A DNA stretch of 64,000 nt, taken from contig CAZIDF010000004.1 of the NCBI GenBank assembly GCA_964538085.1, forward strand, positions 3,118 through 67,117. Reading direction: 5' to 3'. Positions 1 to 9,761 of the stretch are shown here, piece by piece. A model generated the notes under the pieces. It did not search any database and was not told the DNA's origin. It saw only the letters and a program-made list of their open reading frames with translations. The DNA is from an uncultured Eubacteriales bacterium. GTDB lineage: Bacteria > Acidobacteriota > Aminicenantia > Aminicenantales > Aminicenantaceae. Numbering within the stretch: the first letter of the stretch is position 1; each line of letters starts with the position of its first letter. The translations under genes and the position numbers were made by a program.

Positions 1-70
1 AGCGTGTTCGCCCAATCAAAGGCCTCTGCCTGGTTAACCCTGCATCCAAAACTCTGGATGGAGAATGATG

Positions 71-562
71 TCATAGTTTGTCCTGGATCTTCTTGGAAGC
101 GGCCTCCACTTTTTCTGCCATCTGTGATCTGTAGGCTTTCAATTCTGCTTCAAGCCTAGGATCGGTCAAAGCCAAGATCTGGATGGCCAAAAGAGCCGCA
201 TTCGAAGCTCCAGATTTTCCGATACCCATGCAGGCCACTGGAATCCCTTTGGGCATTTGGGAAGTCGAGAGCAAGGCATCCAGCCCCCCCCATCCCGATC
301 CCCCGACAGGAACACCGATGACGGGCCGGTTGGTATGGGAGGCCACAACACCAGCCAGGTGAGCTGCTTTGCCGGCCACCGCAATAAAAACGACAACGCC
401 CTTCGTTTCATATTGTTGAATGAGCCTTTGCGTCCGCTCCGGAGAGCGGTGGGCCGAAGTCACCTCAAGCTCAAAATCCACTCCGAATTCTTTCATCAAG
501 AGAAGCGCATCCTCGACGACCGGGAAATCCGAATCACTCCCTATAAAAATTCCGACTTTCAT
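71..562 (-). CDS. purE: N5-carboxyaminoimidazole ribonucleotide mutase (PurE)
   Basis: 163-aa ORF with PurE hallmarks (GSDSD near the N-terminus, TSAHR, AGKAAHLAGVVA). It has a 4-nt overlap with the upstream purD. Confidence 0.93.
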   Translation of the reverse strand: MKVGIFIGSDSDFPVVEDALLLMKEFGVDFELEVTSAHRSPERTQRLIQQYETKGVVVFIAVAGKAAHLAGVVASHTNRPVIGVPVGGSGWGGLDALLSTSQMPKGIPVACMGIGKSGASNAALLAIQILALTDPRLEAELKAYRSQMAEKVEAASKKIQDKL

Positions 563-1836
563 TTTTCCTCCCTCAGGGCACCGATATCACGACGCCAGTG
601 CATCGCTTCGAAATAGATCCTGGAAAGAGCCCTGTAGATCTTATCCATGGTCTCTGCCAGGGTTTTCTCGCTCGCACACACATCGAGAACTCTTCCCCCG
701 TTGGTGTAAAATTGCCCGTCTTTGATAACCGTACCTGCATGGAAAATCACGATGCCCGGGAACGATGACGCCTCATCCAAACCCTCTATCACCTTTCCTT
801 TCTCATATTTAATCGGGTATCCACCGGAAGCCGCCACCACACATCCGGATGCATTGGAACTCCACTCGATCTCCTTTTCCAGCACATTTCCTTCGACCGT
901 CGCTAAAAGCGCCTCCACCAAATCCCCCTTCATTCGCAACATTTGAGGCTGCGTTTCCGGATCGCCGAAACGGCAGTTGTATTCCAAAACCTTCGGGCCT
1001 TTCTCTGTCAACATCAATCCCACATACAGAACCCCTTTGAACTTTCTCCCTTCTTCCAACATCCGGGTGATCGTCGGGAAAACGATGGTATTCACGATGT
1101 CGTCGAACATATCTTGATCGATATGCGGAGAAGGAGAAATCGCCCCCATTCCTCCTGTGTTGGGCCCCTTATCTCCGTCGTAAATAGCTTTGTGGTCCAT
1201 GGTGGTCACAAGGGGAAGAATTTTCACTCCATCGGAAATTACGATAAACGAAGCCTCTTTTCCGACCAGGAACTCCTCGATCACGACTTTGTTTCCGGCT
1301 TCGCCGAATTTTTTTGCCACCATGATATCATCGATGGCCTCCTCTGCCCGTTTCGGATTCCGGCAGAGAAGGACACCTTTCCCTGCCGCCAAGCCATCGG
1401 CCTTCACTATCAGCGGAAAGGAAAATTTTCCACCTCCGACGATCTTTTTAGCCTGCCCGACAGAGTCGGCGATTTCGAATTCACCCGTGGGGATTCTGTG
1501 TCTCTCCATGAACTGCTTGGCAAAAACTTTGCTCCCTTCCAGTTCCGCCGCATTTTTGTTCGGGCCGAAAATTTTGAGGTCTTTTTTTTCGAATTCATCC
1601 ACGATCCCCAAAGTCAGGGGCACTTCTGGTCCGACCACGGTCAGATCTATCTTCTCCTTTGCTGCAAAATCCACAAGTCCCTGGATATCTTCTGCTTGGA
1701 TCTGGACATTCTCGGCAATGGTTTGGGTGCCGGCGTTTCCAGGCGCACAATAAAGCTTCTTGAGCAACGGGCTCTGGGAAATTTTCCAGCCCAGAGCGTG
1801 CTCTCGCCCTCCTGATCCTACGATTAATATTTTCAT
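559..1836 (-). CDS. purD: Phosphoribosylamine-glycine ligase (PurD)
   Basis: 425 aa. N-terminus MKILIVGSGGREHALGWK, an ATP-grasp core, and a C-terminal HAGT...NGGRVL typical of GAR synthetase. It overlaps both neighbours by 4 nt. Confidence 0.95.
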   Translation of the reverse strand: MKILIVGSGGREHALGWKISQSPLLKKLYCAPGNAGTQTIAENVQIQAEDIQGLVDFAAKEKIDLTVVGPEVPLTLGIVDEFEKKDLKIFGPNKNAAELEGSKVFAKQFMERHRIPTGEFEIADSVGQAKKIVGGGKFSFPLIVKADGLAAGKGVLLCRNPKRAEEAIDDIMVAKKFGEAGNKVVIEEFLVGKEASFIVISDGVKILPLVTTMDHKAIYDGDKGPNTGGMGAISPSPHIDQDMFDDIVNTIVFPTITRMLEEGRKFKGVLYVGLMLTEKGPKVLEYNCRFGDPETQPQMLRMKGDLVEALLATVEGNVLEKEIEWSSNASGCVVAASGGYPIKYEKGKVIEGLDEASSFPGIVIFHAGTVIKDGQFYTNGGRVLDVCASEKTLAETMDKIYRALSRIYFEAMHWRRDIGALREEK

Positions 1837-3293
1837 AATACCTCACCTTCTGGTGTCGCTCCCATAGCTTCGAAGGATTCGATGAAAACATCGCTGAAAC
1901 CGGGATAGGGAAAAATACTCCGGAATATCTCTGCCGCCACAGGGATGGCTTCCTTTGCGGGCAAGCAGAATTTCATCTCCAGGAAATTTTGACGGAAGGC
2001 CGTCACCTCTTCTTTAACGGTTCGGCCGTTCAGGATCACATCGGCAACAAATCCAGCCAGAACCTCGAAATCTTTTTCTGTCATACCGAACCGGGTCATC
2101 TCCTGTACGCCCATGCGGATTCCGCTCGGATCGAGGAATGTTTCATCGTCAGGCAATGCTTGATAATTGGTCAAGATGTTATTCTCTTCCAATTTTTGGG
2201 CGACATCCATTCCGTTTCCATATTCTTTTATGCGGATGAGAACTTGATGGGTTTGGGTAAATCCATCCTTTTCATCACCCTCGACATGAATTCCTTTTTC
2301 CTCCAACGACCGGGCATAAGCCTTGGCGTTTGTCTGAACTTGGGGTTGGTATTCCTTCTTGAATTGATTCATCTCGTAGGTTGCCATCAAAAGAGCCAGA
2401 AGTGTCCCTAGATGATGATTGCTCGTCGAGCCTGGGAATGCCCGGTTTTTGATATCCAGCCACAGCTTGCGAAAGGGAGAATCCTTCGGAAAATTCCCGG
2501 CCACCAGGCCTCTTTGGGGGCCAAAAAACGTTTTGTGTGTGCTTCCGGTGATGACATCGGCGCCTTCGGCCAGAGGTTCTTGAAAAACCCCGTACAAACC
2601 GAGGACATGAGCCATATCGTACATGATGACAGGACGGGGATTCCAATCCTTGACCAGGTCGGACACAAACTGGATGGGCTCTTGGAAGATAAACATGCTC
2701 TTTCCAAAAACGACCAGCTCGGGCCTGTGCAAATCCAAAAGATCGGTCAGTTTTTCCAGGTCAGGCTTATAAGGATTCTCCTTCAGGACTGGAAAATTGA
2801 CGACCTTTTCCTTGCCTGTTTCCGGGTCCTCGTCCACAAAATTGAAAAGGGCGCCCATCGGCTGGGAACTGAGGTGCCCCCCCTTGTTCAGGGCATTATT
2901 CATGACCAGTTTCATCTTGCGAAAGGGTTGACCTTCGGGCCGTTCCCGGTTGAGGAAACGGACCATGGCTTTGAACACGACCTCATTCGCCATCTGCCCG
3001 CTGACAGGCCGAAGTTCCACCTCGGAGCACCCAAAAAAACGCCCCAATTCTTCCTGAGCTTCCCTTTCGATCTCCCGAATGAAATCTATCCCTTGGTAAA
3101 AATAGATCTCTTGCCCCTTCATGGTCCGGTGTTCAGCATACCTGCCGGAAGGATCGGATATTTCGCACATCTTGACCAAAATGGAAGGGGTCGATTCGGA
3201 AGGAATCAGGTTGATGGACTCCCTTTGTCTCCACCTATTGTTCAGGGCCGTTTTTTGGGCCAGGGACTTAATTTTTTCATTAAAAGAAGGCAT
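1833..3293 (-). CDS. glyA: Serine hydroxymethyltransferase family protein (long, divergent form)
   Basis: 486 aa. It has SHMT-like motifs: INLIPSESTPS (compare LELIASENF.S) and the PLP-lysine motif GSTHKTFFGPQRG (compare T.THKTLRGPRGG). It lies in an operon with purD and purE. Confidence 0.75.
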   Translation of the reverse strand: MPSFNEKIKSLAQKTALNNRWRQRESINLIPSESTPSILVKMCEISDPSGRYAEHRTMKGQEIYFYQGIDFIREIEREAQEELGRFFGCSEVELRPVSGQMANEVVFKAMVRFLNRERPEGQPFRKMKLVMNNALNKGGHLSSQPMGALFNFVDEDPETGKEKVVNFPVLKENPYKPDLEKLTDLLDLHRPELVVFGKSMFIFQEPIQFVSDLVKDWNPRPVIMYDMAHVLGLYGVFQEPLAEGADVITGSTHKTFFGPQRGLVAGNFPKDSPFRKLWLDIKNRAFPGSTSNHHLGTLLALLMATYEMNQFKKEYQPQVQTNAKAYARSLEEKGIHVEGDEKDGFTQTHQVLIRIKEYGNGMDVAQKLEENNILTNYQALPDDETFLDPSGIRMGVQEMTRFGMTEKDFEVLAGFVADVILNGRTVKEEVTAFRQNFLEMKFCLPAKEAIPVAAEIFRSIFPYPGFSDVFIESFEAMGATPEGEVL

Positions 3294-3309
3294 GATGTTT
3301 TTCCTTTTT

Positions 3310-3762
3310 TTACGGTTTAAAATTCTTTTCTTCTATTTTCGCGATCTTGTCGAGCCTTATCTGGTGCCGCTCTCCCTCAAACTCTGTTTCTAACCAAATA
3401 TCCACATAGTGAAGAGCCTCATCCAAAGGCAAAATCCTTCCTCCAAGAGTCAAACAGTTGGAGTCATTATGGCTTCGGCACACCTCTGCTACATATTCAT
3501 CCCAGCAGGGAGTGGCCCGTATCCCCTTGTGTTTGTTGGCCACCAAAGCCATCCCGAGGCCTGTCCCACAGACGAGGATCGCCCGGTCACACTCTCCGGA
3601 TAAAATGGACTGGATGGCTTTTTCTCCAAAATCCACGTAATCCACTCTCTCACCAGGGCCACAGCCAAAATCTTCGCAATCGATACCTTTCTGATCAAGG
3701 TATTTCAGAATTCCATTTTTAAGATCATATCCCGCATGATCAGAAGCAAGGGCAATTTTCAT
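3310..3762 (-). CDS. rpiB: Ribose-5-phosphate isomerase B (RpiB/LacAB family)
   Basis: 150 aa. Motifs MKIALASDHAGYDLK and ILVCGTGLGMALVANK, with a C-terminal ...HQIRLDKI, are typical of RpiB. Confidence 0.9.
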   Translation of the reverse strand: MKIALASDHAGYDLKNGILKYLDQKGIDCEDFGCGPGERVDYVDFGEKAIQSILSGECDRAILVCGTGLGMALVANKHKGIRATPCWDEYVAEVCRSHNDSNCLTLGGRILPLDEALHYVDIWLETEFEGERHQIRLDKIAKIEEKNFKP

Positions 3763-3913
3763 ATCGATCTCCTCCTGGAAATTCGAAGTCGTCCCATTAT
3801 ATCAATAATTCAAATACAGTTAAACAGCCAACCTATGCCTCCCTTTCACCCTAGCAAAGAAAAAGAAATTGGCGATGATGCTGATGAAAACTGCAGATGA
3901 TGGATGGGTAAGG

Positions 3914-5509
3914 CTAAGGAGTTTTTCCCTTGACGAAGGCCACAGCTTCTGGGAACACTTCAAGAGCCTTCAGCACAGCAGGGTCTGTTTTTTGGTAAGC
4001 TTTGACTCCCATTTCGACCCCCCACAATGCAGAATGGATCTCTCTTTCCAGCCATCTTTTTAATTCTTGGTTGGCAGCTGCGTATTTTTCCTCTTCGAAC
4101 TCGAATTTTTCTTCGTAAAGATAGGCCTTGAAGTCATCGATCACATCTTGACCGACCCTAAAGTTTTGGTCAATGACTTTTTTGTTGGCGATCTCTCCAG
4201 ATGACCGGCTGTCACCGGGAAATGAATAGTTCGAAGATACCGGTCTTTTTTTCTCGGTAAACTTTATGGCGTAGGTGAAAAAATTTCCTTTGACCAAAAG
4301 ATCATAGACAAGCCTGTCAAACGGGAATTCGACCTTGTAATCGGGCGTTATGCCTCCCTGACCGCGAACCATTCTTCCTCCTGCCGTGTAGGTGACTTCT
4401 CTCTTATCCTCGGGCGTTTCCTTCCTGTAAAGATAATAGTCCTCGAAATTGGAGTAATCTCTCTGGATGGAACGGCCGCTGGGCGTGTAATACCGGGCTG
4501 TCGTGATGGCCACAGCGATTTCAGGATTTCTTGTGATGGGATTTGTCTTGAGCGGGATGATGGTCTGCACCAAGCCCTTTCCCCAAGAATCCTGCCCGAC
4601 GATCAACCCCCGATCATTGTCCTTGATCGCCCCGCTCAGAATCTCGGGTGCGCTAGCACTGGCCCCGTCGATCAAGATCACCAGAGGGATATTTTCGTAT
4701 TGGTTGTCTTTTTCCGCAAAATATTCCCTGTCCAGATAACTATTTCTTCCTTTGATGGATACGACCAAGGTCCCCCGGGGTAAAAATTCGTCGGACAACT
4801 CTATCGATTGCAGAAATGTTCCTCCGCCGTTGTTGCGGAGATCGAGGATGAGTTTCTCCATTCCCTGTTCACGCAGCAACTTCATCTTATCCTCGAATTC
4901 TCTCGTGGTGGTCTCAGCAAAATTCCGGATACGGATGTAGCCGATATCGTCTTGGAGAATGAAGGCATACTGAACGCTGTAAAGAGCGATTTCCTCGCGC
5001 ACGATCGTCACGTCGAAGGGATCACCCCATCCTTCGCGTACTATCGTGATGGTCACTTCGGTATCTTTGGGGCCACGTAACCTCATCATGGCCTCGGTGG
5101 AGGTGATGGGTTCTGTCGATTCTCCCTCGATATGAGATATGATATCCCCTGAACGGATCCCCAGTCTGAAGGCTGGCCCTCCTTCGACAGGAGATATCAC
5201 CACCAGGCGCTTATCCTGCTTTTGAATAAGAATCCCCAATCCGTAATATTTTCCCTTGTAGTCCTCTCTTACTCTGTCAAAGTCTCGCGTATCCAAAAAA
5301 TAGGAATGAGGATCCAAAGTCTGGAGCATTCCTTTTATCGAGGAATAGGCAAGCTCTTCATGATCCACACTCTCGAAATAATTCTGGTCGATCAAGTCCA
5401 CGATTGCAGATATCTTGTTCATCGAGAGGTTCCAGATATCTTCTTCCCACGCAGGAGCAGAGACCAACGCGAAAAACAAAAGGAGAAAGATTAATCCCTT
5501 ATATCTCAT
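3914..5509 (-). CDS. S41 family C-terminal processing peptidase with PDZ domain
   Basis: 531 aa with an N-terminal signal-like segment (LIFLLLFFALVSAPA). It has a PDZ-like SPVEGGPAFRLGIRSGDII and S41 core motifs (LDLRNNGGG, GASASAPEILSGA). Confidence 0.85.
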   Translation of the reverse strand: MRYKGLIFLLLFFALVSAPAWEEDIWNLSMNKISAIVDLIDQNYFESVDHEELAYSSIKGMLQTLDPHSYFLDTRDFDRVREDYKGKYYGLGILIQKQDKRLVVISPVEGGPAFRLGIRSGDIISHIEGESTEPITSTEAMMRLRGPKDTEVTITIVREGWGDPFDVTIVREEIALYSVQYAFILQDDIGYIRIRNFAETTTREFEDKMKLLREQGMEKLILDLRNNGGGTFLQSIELSDEFLPRGTLVVSIKGRNSYLDREYFAEKDNQYENIPLVILIDGASASAPEILSGAIKDNDRGLIVGQDSWGKGLVQTIIPLKTNPITRNPEIAVAITTARYYTPSGRSIQRDYSNFEDYYLYRKETPEDKREVTYTAGGRMVRGQGGITPDYKVEFPFDRLVYDLLVKGNFFTYAIKFTEKKRPVSSNYSFPGDSRSSGEIANKKVIDQNFRVGQDVIDDFKAYLYEEKFEFEEEKYAAANQELKRWLEREIHSALWGVEMGVKAYQKTDPAVLKALEVFPEAVAFVKGKTP

Positions 5510-5637
5510 AGCTCTTATTGAAATATAATGATAGCAAACACTTCAGGGAATGTCCACAATGTATTGACTTATGTAAGCCAATCCATTTCCGCAGTACCAA
5601 GGGGTTTCCTCTCGGCTTTTGGAATGGATATGCTCCC

Positions 5638-5666
5638 TTGACTTATTCTCTTCAAGAAGCTATAGT
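5638..5666 (+). promoter_or_regulatory. Candidate sigma70-type promoter for tatA
   Basis: TTGACT (5638-5643), an exact 17-nt spacer, then TATAGT (5661-5666), about 35 nt upstream of the tatA ATG at 5701. Confidence 0.5.
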
Positions 5667-5700
5667 TTCATATCATTCTCGCATCGAGTAAAAAAAGACA

Positions 5701-5946
5701 ATGTTCGGAAATATCGGATTCCCGGAACTCCTGGTCATACTGGTTATAGCTCTGCTCGTTTTTGGGCCTAAAAAATTACCTGAGGTTGGAAGGTCCCTCG
5801 GCAAAGCCCTCCGAGAATTCCGCAAGACATCCGATGAGATCAAAGAAAAAATCGAAGAAGAGATCCATGCCGAGGAGTTCAAAGATATAAAAGAAGAGAT
5901 CACCAGACAAGTAGGAGAGGATGAGGAAGGGAAAAAAGTCTCCTGA
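5701..5946 (+). CDS. tatA: Twin-arginine translocase TatA/E family protein
   Basis: 81 aa. N-terminus [42 protein letters not shown] is the canonical TatA TM segment plus amphipathic helix. Confidence 0.93.
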   Translation: MFGNIGFPELLVILVIALLVFGPKKLPEVGRSLGKALREFRKTSDEIKEKIEEEIHAEEFKDIKEEITRQVGEDEEGKKVS

Positions 5947-5950
5947 CGAG

Positions 5951-6697
5951 ATGACCTTCCTCGAACATCTCGAAGATCTCAGAAAACGCCTTTTTTACTC
6001 CTTCATCTCTTTGTTCGTCGGCCTCGTCCCTGCCTGGTTCTTTCATAAGGAACTGTTCGACATTTTGGCTCATCCCGTCACCCAGTATCTTCCCGAGGGG
6101 ACCAAACTGACCTTTATCAAACTCACGGCTCCATTCATGCTCTACATCAAAGTCTCTTTCCTTGCTTCCCTTTTCATCAGTTCTCCATTTATCTTTTACC
6201 AGATTTGGATGTTTATCGCCCCGGGTCTTTATCGAAAAGAGAAAAAATACGTCTTCCCCTTTGTCCTTTTTACCACTTTCTTTTTTTCGGCTGGGGCTAT
6301 TTTCGGCTACTATGTCGTTTTTCCCTTTGCCTGCCGATTCTTTTTGAGCATGGGCGCTGAGTTCGAGCCAATCATCACAGCTGATGATTATTTCAGCTTA
6401 GCCTTGAGGGTTCTTTTGGGTATTGCCGTCGTGTTCGAACTTCCCACTCTGGCCTTTTTTCTTGCCCGGATGGGGATTCTCACTGCCAGATGGATGGTAA
6501 AAAACTTCAAGTATGCCGTGCTCATGATCTTTGTGATCGCCGCCATCATTACGCCTACACCGGATTGGATGACCCAAAGCATCATCGCATTCCCGATGCT
6601 CGCTCTGTATGGCCTGAGTATTCTCATCGCCCTTATCTTCGGCAAGAAAAAAGAGAAAAAGAAAGAAGAGGACACGGAAGACGACCTCGCTGGATAG
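5951..6697 (+). CDS. tatC: Twin-arginine translocase subunit TatC
   Basis: The ORF track starts at 5921, inside tatA. The ATG at 5951 gives MTFLEHLEDLRKRLF, a typical TatC N-terminus, followed by a multi-pass hydrophobic protein. Confidence 0.9.
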   Translation: MTFLEHLEDLRKRLFYSFISLFVGLVPAWFFHKELFDILAHPVTQYLPEGTKLTFIKLTAPFMLYIKVSFLASLFISSPFIFYQIWMFIAPGLYRKEKKYVFPFVLFTTFFFSAGAIFGYYVVFPFACRFFLSMGAEFEPIITADDYFSLALRVLLGIAVVFELPTLAFFLARMGILTARWMVKNFKYAVLMIFVIAAIITPTPDWMTQSIIAFPMLALYGLSILIALIFGKKKEKKKEEDTEDDLAG

Positions 6698-6698
6698 G

Positions 6699-7982
6699 AT
6701 GGGTAGAGAGAAAGTCTTGCTTCGGTTTGTCCCGGATTACGATCCATCCCGCATCAAACAGGTTATCCAGGACGGTCTTGCTGAATTTGGCCTATCTGAA
6801 ACACCCCATTCCGATATCACTATTAAACCCAACGTCGTCATGGCCCACCACCAGATCGCTCCCTCCGCCTTTACCCGGTCAGAATTCCTGGACGGCTTGA
6901 TCCAAGCCCTGCAAAATGGCCGGAGTCCTGCATCCAAAATCACGGTCACAGAAAAATGCGGGGCCGGCATTCCCACATCCCGGATGTTCCGGAGAGCGGG
7001 CTATTATTCGCTCAAAAAAAAACACAAAATAAAACTTCAACCGATAGAGGAATCCAAAAAGAAAAAAATCCCCCTCCAAAAGGGAAAAATCCACGACAGG
7101 ATCACCACAGCCCGGAAAATCGTCGACAACGATTTCCTGATCTATACTCCCAAACTCAAGAGCAACTCCTTGACCCATGGTCTGACCGCCGCCATCAAGC
7201 TCAATATGGGGATCCTGTGCGACAGAGAACGGATGTGGAACCACAACCTTCATCTTGATGAAAAGGTCGTCGACCTCCTGGAAGTCGGCCATCCCGACTT
7301 TATCGCCACCGATGCGGTGGAAATCTCGATGGGAGGAAATCATCTCACACAACACGGATATCCGTTGGGCCTCATCATCCTGGCCACAAATCCCGTGGCG
7401 CATGATTCAGTCTGTGCCCGCATATTTCATTTGGATCCTTTCCAGATCCCCCATTTGAGGTTGGCTCACGAAAGGGGATACGGCCCGCTGGACCTATCCG
7501 CGATAGACATCAAAGGCGACATATCCCTCCAAGACATTCAAAAAAAAACTAAAGACTGGGAGACAGGATTCATCCGGGTGGATAATGTGGATTGCAACAT
7601 CCACGTCCTTCCGGGTGAGCCATACTGTACAGGGGGTTGTCACGGAGTATTTTTGGACTGGTTGTACATGATAAAAGACAGAAAACCAGAACTCTGGAAA
7701 AAGCTCCCCCCATGGACAACCGTTATCGGGAAATACCCAGGGGATGTCACGGCGGATCGTGTGCTGATCATCGGCACATGTTCTGAAGTCCAAGGACGTT
7801 TGAAAGCCAAAAAAATCCGCCGCATAAAGGGATGTCCGCCCAAACACAAGGATCTCGTTCTCTGGATGTTTCTCAAAACAGGAATAGTCAATCCAATGTT
7901 TCGTTTGGATCTGATCATCGATGCTTATCCTTGCCTTTTCTTATGCTGGATGAGGCGGCTATTCAAAGGCAGGGTCAAATGA
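6699..7982 (+). CDS. DUF362 domain-containing protein
   Basis: 427 aa, starting 1 nt after the tatC stop. The overall look matches DUF362 family proteins as I recall them. The C-terminal part has conserved-looking Cys (PYCTGGCHG, IGTCSE, GCPPKH). Confidence 0.55.
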   Translation: MGREKVLLRFVPDYDPSRIKQVIQDGLAEFGLSETPHSDITIKPNVVMAHHQIAPSAFTRSEFLDGLIQALQNGRSPASKITVTEKCGAGIPTSRMFRRAGYYSLKKKHKIKLQPIEESKKKKIPLQKGKIHDRITTARKIVDNDFLIYTPKLKSNSLTHGLTAAIKLNMGILCDRERMWNHNLHLDEKVVDLLEVGHPDFIATDAVEISMGGNHLTQHGYPLGLIILATNPVAHDSVCARIFHLDPFQIPHLRLAHERGYGPLDLSAIDIKGDISLQDIQKKTKDWETGFIRVDNVDCNIHVLPGEPYCTGGCHGVFLDWLYMIKDRKPELWKKLPPWTTVIGKYPGDVTADRVLIIGTCSEVQGRLKAKKIRRIKGCPPKHKDLVLWMFLKTGIVNPMFRLDLIIDAYPCLFLCWMRRLFKGRVK

Positions 7983-9628
7983 CCCTGGACGGAAAGCTTA
8001 TCATCAACGGAACAAGAGTCGAAACTCCCCACAAAAAAACCTCCCTGAATCCTGCGACTCTGGAGCTGGTCGGAAAAGTTTGCCTGGCATCCAACCAAGA
8101 ATGCCAGTTAGCCATAAAAGAAGCAAAAAAAGCTTATCCTGCATGGAAAAACCTTCCTTTATCCGACAAACGAAAAATTTTCACCGAAGCAAAAAAAATC
8201 CTTTTGCACAGGAGCGAAACGGCCGCCCGTTTGATAACCGAAGAAAAGGGATCACCCTATCCAGAATCCTTTTCCAGCGAGATTTTCGCCAGTCTCGGGG
8301 CTTTGGATTATTATACAAGGAAAATGAAGAGACTCCTTCGTCCCCATCGGGTGAAACACACGGTCTCGCTTTTTTTCAACAAAAAAAGCACCTTTCATTT
8401 CGAACCGTTAGGCCCGACCTTGGTCATCGCTCCCTGGAATTTTCCATTCCTCATCGCCATGTACGATGTGTTGAGCGCCCTTTCAGCCGGCAATACGGTC
8501 ATCCTCAGGCCGTCATCCTCGACCCCTTTTACAGGCCTTTTGGTGGGTGAAATATTGACCGAAGCCGGCCTTCCACCTGGCGTGCTCAACATCATCAACT
8601 GCAAAATCCCCCAAGCCGAAGAAATGATCGTTCACCCGGATATCCAGTCCATCATGTTCACCGGAAGCGTGTCCACAGGAAAGAGGATTATGGAGCTGGC
8701 GAGCCGTAATTTAACCAATCTCGCCCTCGAGCTGGGCGGAAAGGACCCGATGGTTGTCTGTCCCGATGCCGACATCGAAAGGGCTGCACGCGGGGCGGTA
8801 TGGGCCGGTTTCATGAACTGCGGCCAGAGCTGCGGATCGATCGAGCGCGTGTATGTCGCCGAGGAAATCGCAGAGGAGTTCACCCAACGCGTGGTGGATC
8901 TCGCAAAAAAAATCAAAGTGGGCAATCCCATGGACCCAGGAGTTGAAATGGGCCCCATGGCCACACTTTCTCAATTACAAACTGTCAAGGATCACATCCA
9001 GGACGCCGAAGCGAAGGGTGCAAAGATCCTTTATGGAGGGAAACATAACACATCTCTTCCCGGTTACTTCATCAATCCCACCGTGCTTTCCGAAGTCGAT
9101 CACACGATGAAGATCATGAGAGAAGAGACTTTCGGTCCAACGCTGCCGATCATGACATATGCGGATCCAGAACAAGCTATTTCTCTGGCAAACGACAGCT
9201 CCCTCGGGCTCACAGCCTCGGTATGGACACAGAGCAAAAAGCGAGCATCATGGATGGCCAAAAGGTTAGAAACCGGGTCCGTTACAATAAACGACCACAT
9301 GTTTTCCTTTATCGAGCCCGCAGCGATCTGGGGAGGTATCAAACAAACTGGGATGGGCCGATCCCACGGACCGTTCGGGCTTCAGGAACTGGTGAACATC
9401 AAGTTCGTGAGCTTCGACTTCCTCAAAAAAAAGAAGCAACTCTGGTGGTTTCCGTATGACAGCGGATTGGCCTCGCTACTGAAAAAAGCGGCCATTCTGT
9501 TTCATCACGACCGTATCAGAGAACGTTTAAAAGCCCTCCTGCGCCTCATCCCCTTTTTAAAACGAATCCACGAAGAAAGCTCTCTGGTCAACTTCACCAA
9601 AAATTTTTTCCGCTATTTCCGGAAATAA
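7979..9628 (+). CDS. NAD(P)-dependent aldehyde dehydrogenase with a C-terminal extension
   Basis: The start was moved from 7832 to the ATG at 7979, which forms an ATGA overlap with the DUF362 stop. ALDH motifs are present (PWNFP, FTGSVSTGK, ELGGKDP, catalytic Cys in CGQSCGSIERVYV). About 70 extra basic or amphipathic residues follow the core. Confidence 0.88.
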   Translation: MTLDGKLIINGTRVETPHKKTSLNPATLELVGKVCLASNQECQLAIKEAKKAYPAWKNLPLSDKRKIFTEAKKILLHRSETAARLITEEKGSPYPESFSSEIFASLGALDYYTRKMKRLLRPHRVKHTVSLFFNKKSTFHFEPLGPTLVIAPWNFPFLIAMYDVLSALSAGNTVILRPSSSTPFTGLLVGEILTEAGLPPGVLNIINCKIPQAEEMIVHPDIQSIMFTGSVSTGKRIMELASRNLTNLALELGGKDPMVVCPDADIERAARGAVWAGFMNCGQSCGSIERVYVAEEIAEEFTQRVVDLAKKIKVGNPMDPGVEMGPMATLSQLQTVKDHIQDAEAKGAKILYGGKHNTSLPGYFINPTVLSEVDHTMKIMREETFGPTLPIMTYADPEQAISLANDSSLGLTASVWTQSKKRASWMAKRLETGSVTINDHMFSFIEPAAIWGGIKQTGMGRSHGPFGLQELVNIKFVSFDFLKKKKQLWWFPYDSGLASLLKKAAILFHHDRIRERLKALLRLIPFLKRIHEESSLVNFTKNFFRYFRK

Positions 9629-9761
9629 GGAAAACCTCCGATCAAAACCCATTGCTTCTGGATATCAGCGGAGGCGCTGCTTGCGATGGCTTTAGGAGCG
9701 CTGGCCTATTGACCAAACCTTTTTTGATATGGTATGTTCACCGCATGATTCCGGAAAAAAA

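Noticed and set aside
943-1815. 290-aa ORF on the plus strand, opposite purD. Similar long antisense ORFs lie at 2412-3320 (opposite SHMT), 13564-14256 (opposite DUF1343), 15418-16080 (opposite atpB), 20615-21334 (opposite atpI), 33860-34714 (opposite GH172), 37763-38530 and 59878-60654 (opposite uvrA).
   Set aside because: Each lies entirely within a confidently recognised gene on the other strand. Each also has a skewed, low-complexity composition (rich in R, S, P, G, H and F) with no recognisable motifs. These are shadow ORFs.
7832-7978. N-terminal extensions proposed by the longest-ORF track. These are ALDH from 7832, SIS protein from 10683, queC from 23408, queD from 24025, queF to 26615, decarboxylase to 39753, receptor from 40453 and RND from 45460.
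   Set aside because: The extensions overlap upstream genes or regulatory elements and lack SD sequences. Homolog-like N-termini with an SD or ATGA coupling are found at the internal starts I used.
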